Position numbers and translations under genes: made by a program
Shown: positions 9,401 through 15,819 of the stretch, in pieces
How positions within the stretch are numbered: position 1 is the stretch's first letter
How the letters are laid out: each line of letters starts with the position of its first letter
Notes under the pieces: generated by a model
Database searches by the model: none
Told to the model about the DNA's origin: nothing
Seen by the model: the letters and a program-made list of their open reading frames with translations, nothing else
DNA from: Patescibacteria group bacterium
Lineage (GTDB): Bacteria > Patescibacteriota > Minisyncoccia > Phycocordibacterales > JBBUBG01
Direction of reading: 5' to 3'
Length of the DNA stretch: 27,287 nucleotides
Assembly: GCA_040384765.1 (NCBI GenBank)
Contig: JAZKIQ010000001.1
Coordinates: 160,168-187,454, forward strand

Positions 9401-10040
9401 TAATGGTCGAGGCTGCAGGGGCAGGAATGACTCCACTCGTGTCTACGCTAGAGCCTACGCCCGCCGACAAGGTGAAAGTGACTGGTCCAGCAGTATTCTC
9501 AGTCCCTGTCGTGGTGAAGCTTATCGTAGTTGGAGAGGCAACTGCTACCGTAAGGGCGCCGCGAGGTGCAGTATCAGAAACGTTGGTGAGCGCTTGAACC
9601 TGAGCAGCGATTTCAGCGATTGTTCGAGGAGTGTCCAGGAGGTCCGCTTCAAGATCAATCGTTGCAGCATTATCTCCACAATTCAGTTCGTCAGAAGTAG
9701 CGCCCGTGCTTGAGGTAAAAGTAACCGCACACAAACCAATAGAAAATGATTCCGTGTTCAGCGGAAGAACATTTACAGAAATCGTACGGCTCGCCTTCAC
9801 TTCATCTACTCCTCCAGCAAATGTGATCGCAGGAATCGTTCCGTTTGCAATATCTGTTCCACCAGCAAAGGTCGGGGTTGGAACTGTTGAAGCGGCAACA
9901 TTTGAAACGGTCTCAACGGCATCAAACGTACTTGTAAAAGCCTGAGTGAGTGGCGCTGCCAGCAAGATACCGATCGCAAGAAACAGAGAAAGAATAACCG
10001 AAGGTCTAAAGTACGAACGAATCTGTCTGGAAAAGATCAT
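3468..10040 (-). CDS. Giant secreted surface protein/adhesin (~2190 aa): signal peptide, four N-terminal alpha/beta repeats, many bacterial Ig-like domains, GPS-like motif, Gly/Ser/Pro linker, C-terminal peptidoglycan-binding domain
   Basis: Signal peptide ending TQA/F. Thr/Ala/Gly/Val-rich, with repeated D-x-A-G-N...D-T-x-A-P Ig boundaries. C-terminus GSRGTDVKELQKIL...YFGPVTRAALRLYQKKHGI...GLVGPKTRAMLN resembles PG_binding_1. ATG 10040 preferred over TTG 10046. Confidence 0.88.
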   Translation of the reverse strand: MIFSRQIRSYFRPSVILSLFLAIGILLAAPLTQAFTSTFDAVETVSNVAASTVPTPTFAGGTDIANGTIPAITFAGGVDEVKASRTISVNVLPLNTESFSIGLCAVTFTSSTGATSDELNCGDNAATIDLEADLLDTPRTIAEIAAQVQALTNVSDTAPRGALTVAVASPTTISFTTTGTENTAGPVTFTLSAGVGSSVDTSGVIPAPAASTITIIDGLLGSTTADRSITIDGIVIDLGTADQTPAQIAATIDAADFSGVGYGAVATGANVTFTKTANGVAGNGSVVIADASYTKSDAVAASVTITIPAGLSSNATDHLITIDGVAFDLGTIARTANQIAATIAADGFVGKNYTVTNPSGADLTFTRTVKGGGAMNGALTLEDAIYGTRAQQVTFTPGLPTDGETFKATVEGNNYVHTVVGVETVAVVVADLATKIDADAAVNCANTGGTTVTCTAAVAGTPFTFAATVVDVTPPANQDTVFPGSMTKQGGVAVTIVSSGEVTNNVWFAPSGTTVFVAGATMTKAADGVATTILAPATAGAYKLFVLDSTGNISVASTATLTVDNTAPVLAFTAPAVAARVQGSAVISFTNTEPTAPLCSIDNFTTSVACVSGATTLTDVPGFTALGEVGFTLSLRDTDVALNVTTITLALTKDTVAPTAPATPTGSDAFVNSAEKIAGLTITVPLPVGTLTGDTVMLLLGGVAFPTPQTHVLTGPEAAAPSYAFTFAGTELGVDGAKAITARLTDTAGNVGATSAALSFTLDTAAPTASIGYSTANPVKSGAVLTITATFNEVMAVTNTKVAISGANTLGATDMTYADTTHASYGHTVGAGNGAATIALSVGTDLAGNPITAVPTAGDTFVVDNIVPALSSVTIASNNSNNTALAKVSDLVTVLFTSNEAISTPSATIAGQVATISSLGGNAYSASFTMTGAQSNDPAIDFSIAFSDLAGNAGTAVVSTTDASIVTFDKTAPVLLQIAPIATPTNDNTPSYSFSTTEVGTIVYGGSCASVTTAAALGANSVTFNTLADAAYSNCTVTVSDAAGNPSLALAVTAFTVDTTAPTILSVTSSLGNGSYTVGQVVPVTVTFSEAVTSTGSVIVSFDTGGSCSFSISGAASGGCSYTVAGAQTSADLTTTGISGTVNDAAANTVSDFTPVSNLAATSQIVIDTTVPTVSSIDITSPANGAYTIGTQVDVAIGFSENVVVAGTPTLALNSGGSANYLSGTGSNSLVFRYTVAAGNTSADLDYTGTGSLTLAGGTINDGAANPATLTLPVPGAIATGHDIIIDTTAPTAPAAPTAAAGPFINAAEEIAGFPVVVSLAGTGAVAGDTLKLLLGGVAFPAPLTHVLTAPEAAGTYSFNVATTQLGANGVKSITATITDVATNVSVASAALSLTLDTVAPAAPTVSSIATDNKINNAEKAAILVAGTAEADALVSATLTDVSANAKNATQQLTLGATAFSISVDGTTALPGAFVDGVVLPSVIATDAAGNVSAATVLPAVVQDTVAPAVPVIVVTNPVNAGNVTAGSLTGTGEGSTVATYTITDSGAGVVANTSTLTAGGALSVAAINLSTLADGALTFSVTLTDGAGNISTAATAPSVKDVVLPTFTPVAPANSAFINNVTTASQITYTLSENIASGTILLTNTGGTADAGSPHSCALVGTAKNAGAHALNLADTVNGCAVAQTLVEKGQYSVAFDGTDAVGNASVTITRTAITFDSVAPVVTITNPQPSVSTATTLTLALSTDETAICSYGLDFATSTMATTGGVSHSQAIGPLVTGVHTLAFSCVDPSTNTRITNNQTFTVFATSGSTLSTNGSNASFDSPTAGAADLPPGITVVGLSNATVVDLSGGASTLSAGSITLSGASQSIGSITTGDLVGANLTTLTTGDQTLTIEKAVVLESGTPDVPVTFTNADFPGASVSIPDGTAIFSSSGWDGTIAPERFVNTVGIQGPAGFKVNDQVFVGASVPIFFSKPVTIIMPTASGPAAYKPAGSSSWVAMNQCSGSFAAPVSPVFSGECYIANSTQTKIVTYHLTAFGQLEPLPASLGGASVGGGNGPVSQSGGGGGGGSTAGATFTTPQPSQPAQSVSQAPSAPQGAVLGVSIFRFTRGLSFGSRGTDVKELQKILAAEGFFKGDFTTYFGPVTRAALRLYQKKHGIDALGLVGPKTRAMLNLGAKVSQSVSSPLSSR

Positions 10041-10086
10041 AGGCAAAATGTAAGGTGCTGGCGCCTTATAAATAAATTGATGACAT

Positions 10087-10116
10087 AGCTTAGCGTGCGA
10101 GAGGAAGCCGCGTCAA
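10087..10116 (-). promoter_or_regulatory. Candidate sigma70 promoter of the giant surface protein gene
   Basis: TTGACG (10116-10111), 18-nt spacer, TAAGCT (10092-10087), about 46 nt upstream of the ATG. Confidence 0.5.
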
Positions 10117-10207
10117 TGAAACGAACTTCCGCGCCACCAGAAGCGACCATAGAATGGGGTGCCTACTCGGGTTTTGACGAAGTTTCTAGTTTGTATTTTG
10201 ATTTATC

Positions 10208-10216
10208 TGTGGATAA
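10208..10216 (-). promoter_or_regulatory. Single consensus DnaA box
   Basis: TGTGGATAA, the reverse complement of TTATCCACA, inside the inverted repeat ATTTATC-tgtg-GATAAAT in the divergent intergenic region. Confidence 0.4.
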
Positions 10217-10233
10217 ATGTTCTAATCACTTTT

Positions 10234-10944
10234 ATGAAACCAGGCGCCAAACGACAGAAGGCAGGATCGAAGTTTTGGAATGCCGAGTATGCCGATGGCG
10301 CGCACCTCGCTCTTTCTGATACACCAAGCGAAGACCTCATCAAATTTCTTCGCTGGCTCACCGACGAATACAAAGGAAACTTTCTCGCACACAACTCTTC
10401 GGTGCTTGATCTCGGCGTTGGCAACGGCCGAAACCTGATCTATCTTGCAAAAAATTTTGGCGTGAGCGGAGTGGGCTACGATATTTCTGAAGAAGCGATC
10501 GCGCAGGCAAAGCAGAAAAGTGAAGGGCTCAATCTTTCATACGAAGTGCGTTCGGTCGTGGGAAATCTCTCAGTTCCCGAAAGCTCCCAATCGCTCGTGC
10601 TCGACATGATGACCTCGCACCATCTCACCAAAGAGGCACGTGCACATCTGCGCGCCGAAGCTGCACGGGTACTCGAGCCGGGTGGTTGGCTCTACCTCAA
10701 AACCTTTTTCCGCGACGACGACCTCCATGCGCGCCGCCTCCTCAAAGAGAGCCCTGCCAAAGAGGAGGGCTCCTATATCCACCCCGATAGCGGGATGGCA
10801 GAACATGTGTTTACCCAGATGGAGCTACGCGCCGAGCTCTCCCCCCACTTCAAAATCTACAAAATGAACCCTTCACACCGGCATTTTATCAACGGCCGAG
10901 CCGGTAAACGCCGCTCTATCAGCGTATACGCACAAAAAATCTAA
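10234..10944 (+). CDS. Class I SAM-dependent methyltransferase
   Basis: Motif I VLDLGVGNGRN, GYDISEEAI, and ARVLEPGG. ATG 10234 (MKPGAK) preferred over GTG 10159. Confidence 0.88.
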   Translation: MKPGAKRQKAGSKFWNAEYADGAHLALSDTPSEDLIKFLRWLTDEYKGNFLAHNSSVLDLGVGNGRNLIYLAKNFGVSGVGYDISEEAIAQAKQKSEGLNLSYEVRSVVGNLSVPESSQSLVLDMMTSHHLTKEARAHLRAEAARVLEPGGWLYLKTFFRDDDLHARRLLKESPAKEEGSYIHPDSGMAEHVFTQMELRAELSPHFKIYKMNPSHRHFINGRAGKRRSISVYAQKI

Positions 10945-10947
10945 CCC

Positions 10948-11754
10948 ATGATTCCCCTCCTCCTTACTTCACTCATTATTATGGCAGCCTCGCTCGTAGG
11001 GGTGGTGACCCTCTTTCGGGGCGTAGGGCCCTTTATAGAGCGAAATCTGGGCTTTTTGGTGAGTCTTTCAGCCGGAGTCTTCCTCGTGATCGCTTGGGAG
11101 CTTGCCAACGAGGCTATCGGCATTGCGCCTACAGTGGGACAGGGGCTCGTCTGGATAGGTGCGAGCACCATTGGTATCTGGCTCTTTTTCAAGCTGGTAC
11201 CCTCTTTTGCACACCATCACGATGAGGAAGACGCGGGGCACACCCACACCAAGATCGACGCACGCGCTATTATTTTTGCTGACGCGCTACACAATGCAGG
11301 AGACGGTATTTTGCTTGGAACAGCCTTTCTGGTAAGCGAAAGCCTCGGCTACTTCGCCGCCATTTCAGTGTTTGTCCACGAGCTCGTACAGGAGACCTCT
11401 GAGTTTTTTATCCTCAAGCAGGCTGGATATTCAACAAAGAAGGCGCTCGGCATCAACCTCCTCGTCTCAAGCACCCTTCTCCTTGGAGGCTTTGGCAGCT
11501 ACTTTTTTGCCTCCCTCTTCGAGCCGCTCGAGGCAATACTTCTTTCTGTAGCAGCTGGATCGGTATTTGTTGTTGTACTCACCGATCTCATCCCCCACTC
11601 ACTGCGTGAATCCTCAGACCGCTCGCACTATACAAAGCACTTGATCGCTTTTCTTATCGGCACCGCCCTTATGGTCGGTATTGGGAGCCTCGCACCTGAG
11701 CCAGAGATAGAGGAAGGTGCCGCACCCGTAGCCGAGGCTCACTCTCTACAGTAG
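10948..11754 (+). CDS. ZIP family divalent metal transporter (ZupT-like)
   Basis: About 8 TM segments, His-rich loop HHHDEEDAGHTH, TM4 DALHNAGDG and TM5 HELVQE metal-site motifs. Starts 3 bp after the methyltransferase stop. Confidence 0.9.
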   Translation: MIPLLLTSLIIMAASLVGVVTLFRGVGPFIERNLGFLVSLSAGVFLVIAWELANEAIGIAPTVGQGLVWIGASTIGIWLFFKLVPSFAHHHDEEDAGHTHTKIDARAIIFADALHNAGDGILLGTAFLVSESLGYFAAISVFVHELVQETSEFFILKQAGYSTKKALGINLLVSSTLLLGGFGSYFFASLFEPLEAILLSVAAGSVFVVVLTDLIPHSLRESSDRSHYTKHLIAFLIGTALMVGIGSLAPEPEIEEGAAPVAEAHSLQ

Positions 11755-11780
11755 TAGGCTTTTCTGAATCAGTTCGTCTC

Positions 11781-11818
11781 ATGAGATGTACCCACACCGG
11801 GTGCATCTCATTCATTTT
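11781..11818 (+). terminator. 13-bp stem-loop; terminator of the methyltransferase-ZIP pair or a 5' UTR hairpin of the next gene
   Basis: ATGAGATGTACCC-acacc-GGGTGCATCTCAT with one G-U pair, followed by TCATTTT. Confidence 0.5.
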
Positions 11819-11828
11819 ACACATACTC

Positions 11829-12674
11829 ATGAAAGGCACACTTTTAAAACTATTTCCTGCGGTACTTGCCACACTCATTGCAGTCCCCGCAGCGGCGAGC
11901 GCGAGCTGGCTCATGCTCTCCACATGGAACGGCTTGCCAGGAGGACATACGGATATAAGCGGGTACGGCTTTGCGCCGAATGAGCAGGTGACGCTCAACC
12001 TAGAGGGCAGTACGCGCACCGTTACAGCTGACGCAAACGGAAGCTTTAGCGGCCAGCCGCTCGATATTCCACACGTTGCTGTCGGACAACATGTCATTCA
12101 TGCAACTGCCCCAAGCACCTCTGCCGACGCAAACTTCTACGTAGACAGCTACTACGGCAATACTGAGCCATCCTCCTACTATCTTCTCCCTGGCCAAACA
12201 CTCTCGTGGCGAGGAGGAGGCTTTGCCCCAAATGAAACAGTTACGATCAGTGGTCCCGATGGCGCAAGCTGGTCGTTTACCACAGATGGCGGCGGATCGT
12301 TTGGCGACCAGGCGCGCATGAGCGCACCCTACAGCTATCAGAATAGCTCAAAGACATTTCACGTCACCTCGAGCAAAAGTCTCTACTCGCGCGACTACAC
12401 GATCGGCTTCGGCTCTTTCTATGGAAACATCGAGCCATCGTCGTACTTCGTCATAAAGGGCCAAGGGATGAGCGCGACAGTACGCGACTTTGCTCCGGGC
12501 GAGCAGGTGCAAGTTTCGATAAATGGCACAGCAGCTACTACGGTGACGGCCGATGGTGGTGGTAATGCTGGAGCAAGCTTTGCAGCCGCATCCTCAGGCG
12601 AATCGTTTACCCTAGAAGCCCGCGGTCTCTCAAGCGGCATCTCGAGCATGCGGACGGTGTGGCTGGCGCAGTAA
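11829..12674 (+). CDS. Secreted protein with three ~85-90 aa beta-sandwich (Ig/IPT-like) repeats
   Basis: Signal peptide MKGTLLKLFPAVLATLIAVPAAASA. The repeats share FAP(N/G)ExV and T(A/T)DxxG; YGNxEPSSY occurs twice. Confidence 0.75.
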   Translation: MKGTLLKLFPAVLATLIAVPAAASASWLMLSTWNGLPGGHTDISGYGFAPNEQVTLNLEGSTRTVTADANGSFSGQPLDIPHVAVGQHVIHATAPSTSADANFYVDSYYGNTEPSSYYLLPGQTLSWRGGGFAPNETVTISGPDGASWSFTTDGGGSFGDQARMSAPYSYQNSSKTFHVTSSKSLYSRDYTIGFGSFYGNIEPSSYFVIKGQGMSATVRDFAPGEQVQVSINGTAATTVTADGGGNAGASFAAASSGESFTLEARGLSSGISSMRTVWLAQ

Positions 12675-12680
12675 GGGCAA

Positions 12681-12775
12681 AAGTTGATAGTTTGTAGTTT
12701 ATAGTTGCTAGTTAGGAAAAAAGCAGCACCCGTAGGGTGCTGCTTTTTTCACTACCAACTACAAACTATCAACTA
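12681..12775. repeat. Inverted arrays of TAGTTnn heptamers enclosing a terminator
   Basis: Plus strand AAGTTGA TAGTTTG TAGTTTA TAGTTGC TAGTTAG (12681-12715). Minus strand TAGTTGA TAGTTTG TAGTTGG TAGTG. 12682-12699 is the exact reverse complement of 12757-12774. Confidence 0.85.
12716..12750. terminator. Bidirectional intrinsic terminator between convergent genes
   Basis: GAAAAAAGCAGCACCC-gta-GGGTGCTGCTTTTTTC, a perfect stem with A and T tracts. Confidence 0.9.
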
Positions 12776-12779
12776 GTGC

Positions 12780-13037
12780 TTACGAAAGGTGCTTGCTCAC
12801 CAACTTCGTCATCTCGAACATTGATACTGTTCCCTTGCCATCGAACACTTTCTTGAGATTTGCGTCAGCGTTAATGTTGCGCTTGTTCTTTGGATCCTGA
12901 AGGTCGTTCTTCTTGATGTACTCCCAGAGCTTCTTTACTACTTCTGAGCGAGGGAGCGGACCCTTTCCGACTACAGCCTCTAGGTCTGGGCTGAGAGTCA
13001 TCGGCTTCATGAACGCAGAGTTTGTTTTTGCTGCCAT
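12780..13037 (-). CDS. Stand-alone SWIB/MDM2 domain protein (85 aa)
   Basis: FMKPMTLSPDLEAVVG...RSEVVKKLWEYIKKNDLQDPKNKRNINAD..LKKVF...SMFEMTKLVSKHL. ATG 13037 avoids overlap with the helicase. Extended -10 TGGTATACT near 13076-13084. Confidence 0.92.
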   Translation of the reverse strand: MAAKTNSAFMKPMTLSPDLEAVVGKGPLPRSEVVKKLWEYIKKNDLQDPKNKRNINADANLKKVFDGKGTVSMFEMTKLVSKHLS

Positions 13038-13086
13038 GTATGGATTAAGAAACGTGTAATTTCGAACGTGGCGATAGTATACCACC

Positions 13087-14793
13087 CTATATTGGTTCTT
13101 CGCCAGGGCTACAGAAGAGCCGAGCCAAACGAAGCTCATCATACGAGATTTTTGGATGCCCAGCTTCAGTAAGTATCGCCTTCACCGGCGCAAGCCGCAG
13201 ATCGCCATGTTTTTTGTGCGTTTTCATAAACGCATCAAAGATAAGCTCTAGCTCTGTATCGGTATAATGTGTCGGCCGCAGATGCGAGATATCCACCTCT
13301 ACCTTCTCCTCGATAAGCCGCTCGATATGCGAAATGATCGTCTCCTCTTTGAGCTCGCGCCGTTTTGCAATCTCTCCCAGGGGAAGCTTTTCAAGAATAA
13401 GCACGCGCGTCTGGTGATGGCTTGGCATATCATCTGCCTCTTCGCTCCCGCCATTCGAGGCGGTACGCTTTTCCCCTGTCGAGTTCTTAGCAACAAACTC
13501 CTCCGCGCGCCGCAGCGCTTCTGCTGCTCCCATCTCGAGCAGGGAGCCAACTGCTGCGCGAGAGGCTTCTCGAAACTGCGCATCCTTTACCCGCACCTCT
13601 GGGTGAATCATCAGCGCCTGCTGATTAAAGCCAACAAGGCGCAGCCCTGCGAGGCTCCGCACGCGAGAGAGCGCCACATACCCCATGCCTGGCACAAAAG
13701 AGCGCGAGAGGTCGATCTCCGCAGCATCAAGACTCATCCCTTGGCTTTTGTGCACGGTAATAGCCCACGCGAGGCGAAGGGGCAGCTGAGATATGCTTGC
13801 CTTCACTTTTCCCTCCTCATCTACACGCCACTCTTCGGGGACCACCGCGATCTCTTTGCCCGAAGCGATCCGCACGATCGGCGTATCCATTACGTCGAAC
13901 TTCACCACCTCTCCGAGCGTGCCGTTTACATACCCTTTTTCAAAGTTGTTCTTCACAAACATTACCCGCGCACCAAGCTTCAGAAAGAGCCTCTCGGGCG
14001 CAAGGCAGCTTTTCATAAGTGCCTCGAGAAGTGCTTTGCTCCCTTTGCCGCTCATTGGATACTGTTTTGAGGCAGTCGTGAGCTTTGCAAGCTCACGATC
14101 GTTGATAGCATCAACATTATCATTGTGCGTCGAAAGCTTGGTCGGCACGACATCTTGGGCAATTTCAGCTCCATGCCGATCCTGCAAAAGCTCGTACACC
14201 CCTTCGTCGATATCCCCACTGCGTATTGCATCGAGCACCGAAAGATACGCATCGTCGCTCTGCCTGTGCTGCTCTTCGAGATAGCATATCGTAAAGCCTG
14301 CGCTCTTCCACGCATCCGAGGCGTACGCAAAGCGCGACTCTGGCTCTCCATAGCGAGACACCGGTGGAAGCTGAAAAAAATCTCCACACAGCACCACCTG
14401 CATACCACCAAAAGGTTCGTCTACGCGCCGAAACATCCGTGCAAGCCGGTCGATCTGATCAAAGCGAAAATGATGCAGCATCGAGACCTCGTCGATCACC
14501 AGCACCTTTGTTTTTTCATACCGCTTCACGAGATGCTCACGCTGGAGAAGTGTGTCGAGATCGTGCGCCGACAGAAAAGCACGAATGCCGAGGCCACTCC
14601 ACGAGTGGATCGTCATCCCGCCAATATGAGTAGCAGCAATGCCGGTTGAGGCTGTCACCGCAGCCGCGATCCCGTTTTCGGCAAGCCAAGAAAGGTACGC
14701 TCGGAGCGTATATGTCTTACCCGAACCGGCAGCACCGGTCAGGAATACATTACGACCTGTTTTTAAAATATCGAGAGCTTCTGATTGTGTCAT
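13087..14793 (-). CDS. Pif1/RecD-like SF1B DNA helicase with C-terminal helix-turn-helix domain
   Basis: Walker A GAAGSGKT, TASTGIAA, TIHSWSG, DEVSM, GDFFQLPPV, QLPLRLAWAITVHKSQGMSL, YVALSRV. C-terminal EIAKRRELKEETIISHIERL is HTH-like. ATG 14793 preferred. Confidence 0.92.
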   Translation of the reverse strand: MTQSEALDILKTGRNVFLTGAAGSGKTYTLRAYLSWLAENGIAAAVTASTGIAATHIGGMTIHSWSGLGIRAFLSAHDLDTLLQREHLVKRYEKTKVLVIDEVSMLHHFRFDQIDRLARMFRRVDEPFGGMQVVLCGDFFQLPPVSRYGEPESRFAYASDAWKSAGFTICYLEEQHRQSDDAYLSVLDAIRSGDIDEGVYELLQDRHGAEIAQDVVPTKLSTHNDNVDAINDRELAKLTTASKQYPMSGKGSKALLEALMKSCLAPERLFLKLGARVMFVKNNFEKGYVNGTLGEVVKFDVMDTPIVRIASGKEIAVVPEEWRVDEEGKVKASISQLPLRLAWAITVHKSQGMSLDAAEIDLSRSFVPGMGYVALSRVRSLAGLRLVGFNQQALMIHPEVRVKDAQFREASRAAVGSLLEMGAAEALRRAEEFVAKNSTGEKRTASNGGSEEADDMPSHHQTRVLILEKLPLGEIAKRRELKEETIISHIERLIEEKVEVDISHLRPTHYTDTELELIFDAFMKTHKKHGDLRLAPVKAILTEAGHPKISYDELRLARLFCSPGEEPI

Positions 14794-14815
14794 TCCCTTG
14801 CAGTATAATGGAGAA
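14794..14815. promoter_or_regulatory. 22-bp divergent intergenic region with overlapping -10 hexamers
   Basis: TATAAT on + (14804-14809) lies 6 nt before ATG 14816. TATACT on - (14807-14802) lies 8 nt before ATG 14793. Confidence 0.7.
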
Positions 14816-15133
14816 ATGGAAAACAACCTCAAACTGCCCGAAAAGGGCTTTTATCAGCACTATAAGCACGATCCGACCGGCCCAGAAAACAACTACATGT
14901 ACGAGGTGGTCGGCATAGGCCGCAACACGGAAGAGAAGACTCTTACCGTGCTCTACCGCCCTCTCTACAGGAGCGAGTGGATGCCACCTGCAGATTATCA
15001 ATCGCGCCCGCTCGAGATGTTTACGGGTTCAGTAGAAAAGGATGGATCGACGACCCCGCGCTTTACCAAAATCACTGACCCAGAACTTACTGAAAAGCTA
15101 ACGGAGATTCGAGGGAGCATGTATGGTGCCTAG
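14816..15133 (+). CDS. DUF1653 domain protein (105 aa)
   Basis: GFYQHYK...YEVVGIGRNTE...VLYRPLY...RPLEMF...V...PRF is the DUF1653 pattern. The ORF-track start 14639 would overlap the helicase. Confidence 0.85.
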   Translation: MENNLKLPEKGFYQHYKHDPTGPENNYMYEVVGIGRNTEEKTLTVLYRPLYRSEWMPPADYQSRPLEMFTGSVEKDGSTTPRFTKITDPELTEKLTEIRGSMYGA

Positions 15134-15750
15134 GAACTTTTAGGCCATTCCGTAATTTTACCCGCTTCTCGCTCTACCGCATCTGCTTTTCGATAGTTTT
15201 TCACCATGCTCTTTGGCGCAATATCGTAATGATCGATCTTGTCGAGCTCCTCATCAATTCCCCACAGGTCATCTTCAGCATATGGCCAATCATCTTCAAA
15301 GATTGAAAGATCAAGCGGTTTGGAATAGCGACGGAGCGTTTTTAAGCCTTCATCTGTGAAATATTCATGGAAATACGACATCGCGAGCTCGCGAATAGAT
15401 TTATAGACAGGCTCTCGATACCGAAGCACCGCATGGTTTGTTTTTGAGAGCGCACCCCAGAGACCATCTCTTTTAAACGGAGCGACCACATGATCCTGGT
15501 CAGTCCCCTTTGCGGTTTCGAGATGGAGGAGTAGCGGCTTATGCCCGTGAAGCGAGAGAATATACGCCCCAAAAATGGCACCTTCAATGCAGTGGGCATT
15601 TTTCTCTCGGAGCACGCGTAGCGGCGACTTCACTCGGTCTACGCCATCCTTCTCGTGATTCGTCGGGATCGAGTTCAAAAAATCTTGTACCTTTGCGGGG
15701 GTATTAAGCCGCTTCAGGAGTTTCAGCTCGGAAGGAGTAAACGCATTCAT
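15130..15750 (-). CDS. Transglutaminase/papain-like (Cys-His) hypothetical enzyme (206 aa)
   Basis: SPLRVLREKNAHCIEGA (candidate catalytic Cys) and DHVVAPF..G.WGA. ATG 15750 lies 7 nt after the extended -10 TGCTACAGT. Confidence 0.65.
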   Translation of the reverse strand: MNAFTPSELKLLKRLNTPAKVQDFLNSIPTNHEKDGVDRVKSPLRVLREKNAHCIEGAIFGAYILSLHGHKPLLLHLETAKGTDQDHVVAPFKRDGLWGALSKTNHAVLRYREPVYKSIRELAMSYFHEYFTDEGLKTLRRYSKPLDLSIFEDDWPYAEDDLWGIDEELDKIDHYDIAPKSMVKNYRKADAVEREAGKITEWPKSS

Positions 15751-15769
15751 AGCGGAAACTGTAGCAGGC

Positions 15770-15813
15770 AAAAGAAAAACACGCACCCCTGTCGAGGTGC
15801 GTGTTTTTCTTTT
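15770..15813. terminator. Intrinsic terminator of the ECF sigma/DUF5667 operon
   Basis: AAAAGAAAAACACGCACC-cctgtcga-GGTGCGTGTTTTTCTTTT, an 18-bp stem 6 bp past the stop at 15820. Confidence 0.85.
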
Positions 15814-15819
15814 TTACTT

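Noticed and set aside
8630-9870. Prophage or contractile injection system, suggested by the sheath-like motifs
   Set aside because: The motifs lie inside a signal-peptide-bearing surface protein, and there are no tube, baseplate, capsid or integrase genes in the window.
4069-9945. Many plus-strand ORFs of 70-307 aa across the giant gene
   Set aside because: Antisense shadows of a Thr/Ala/Val-rich CDS, with no motifs or expression signals.
10047-10233. Replication origin
   Set aside because: Only one DnaA box, no box cluster, and no dnaA or dnaN nearby.
12681-12775. CRISPR array or MITE
   Set aside because: Units are 7 bp with no spacers; no cas genes, transposase or target-site duplication seen.
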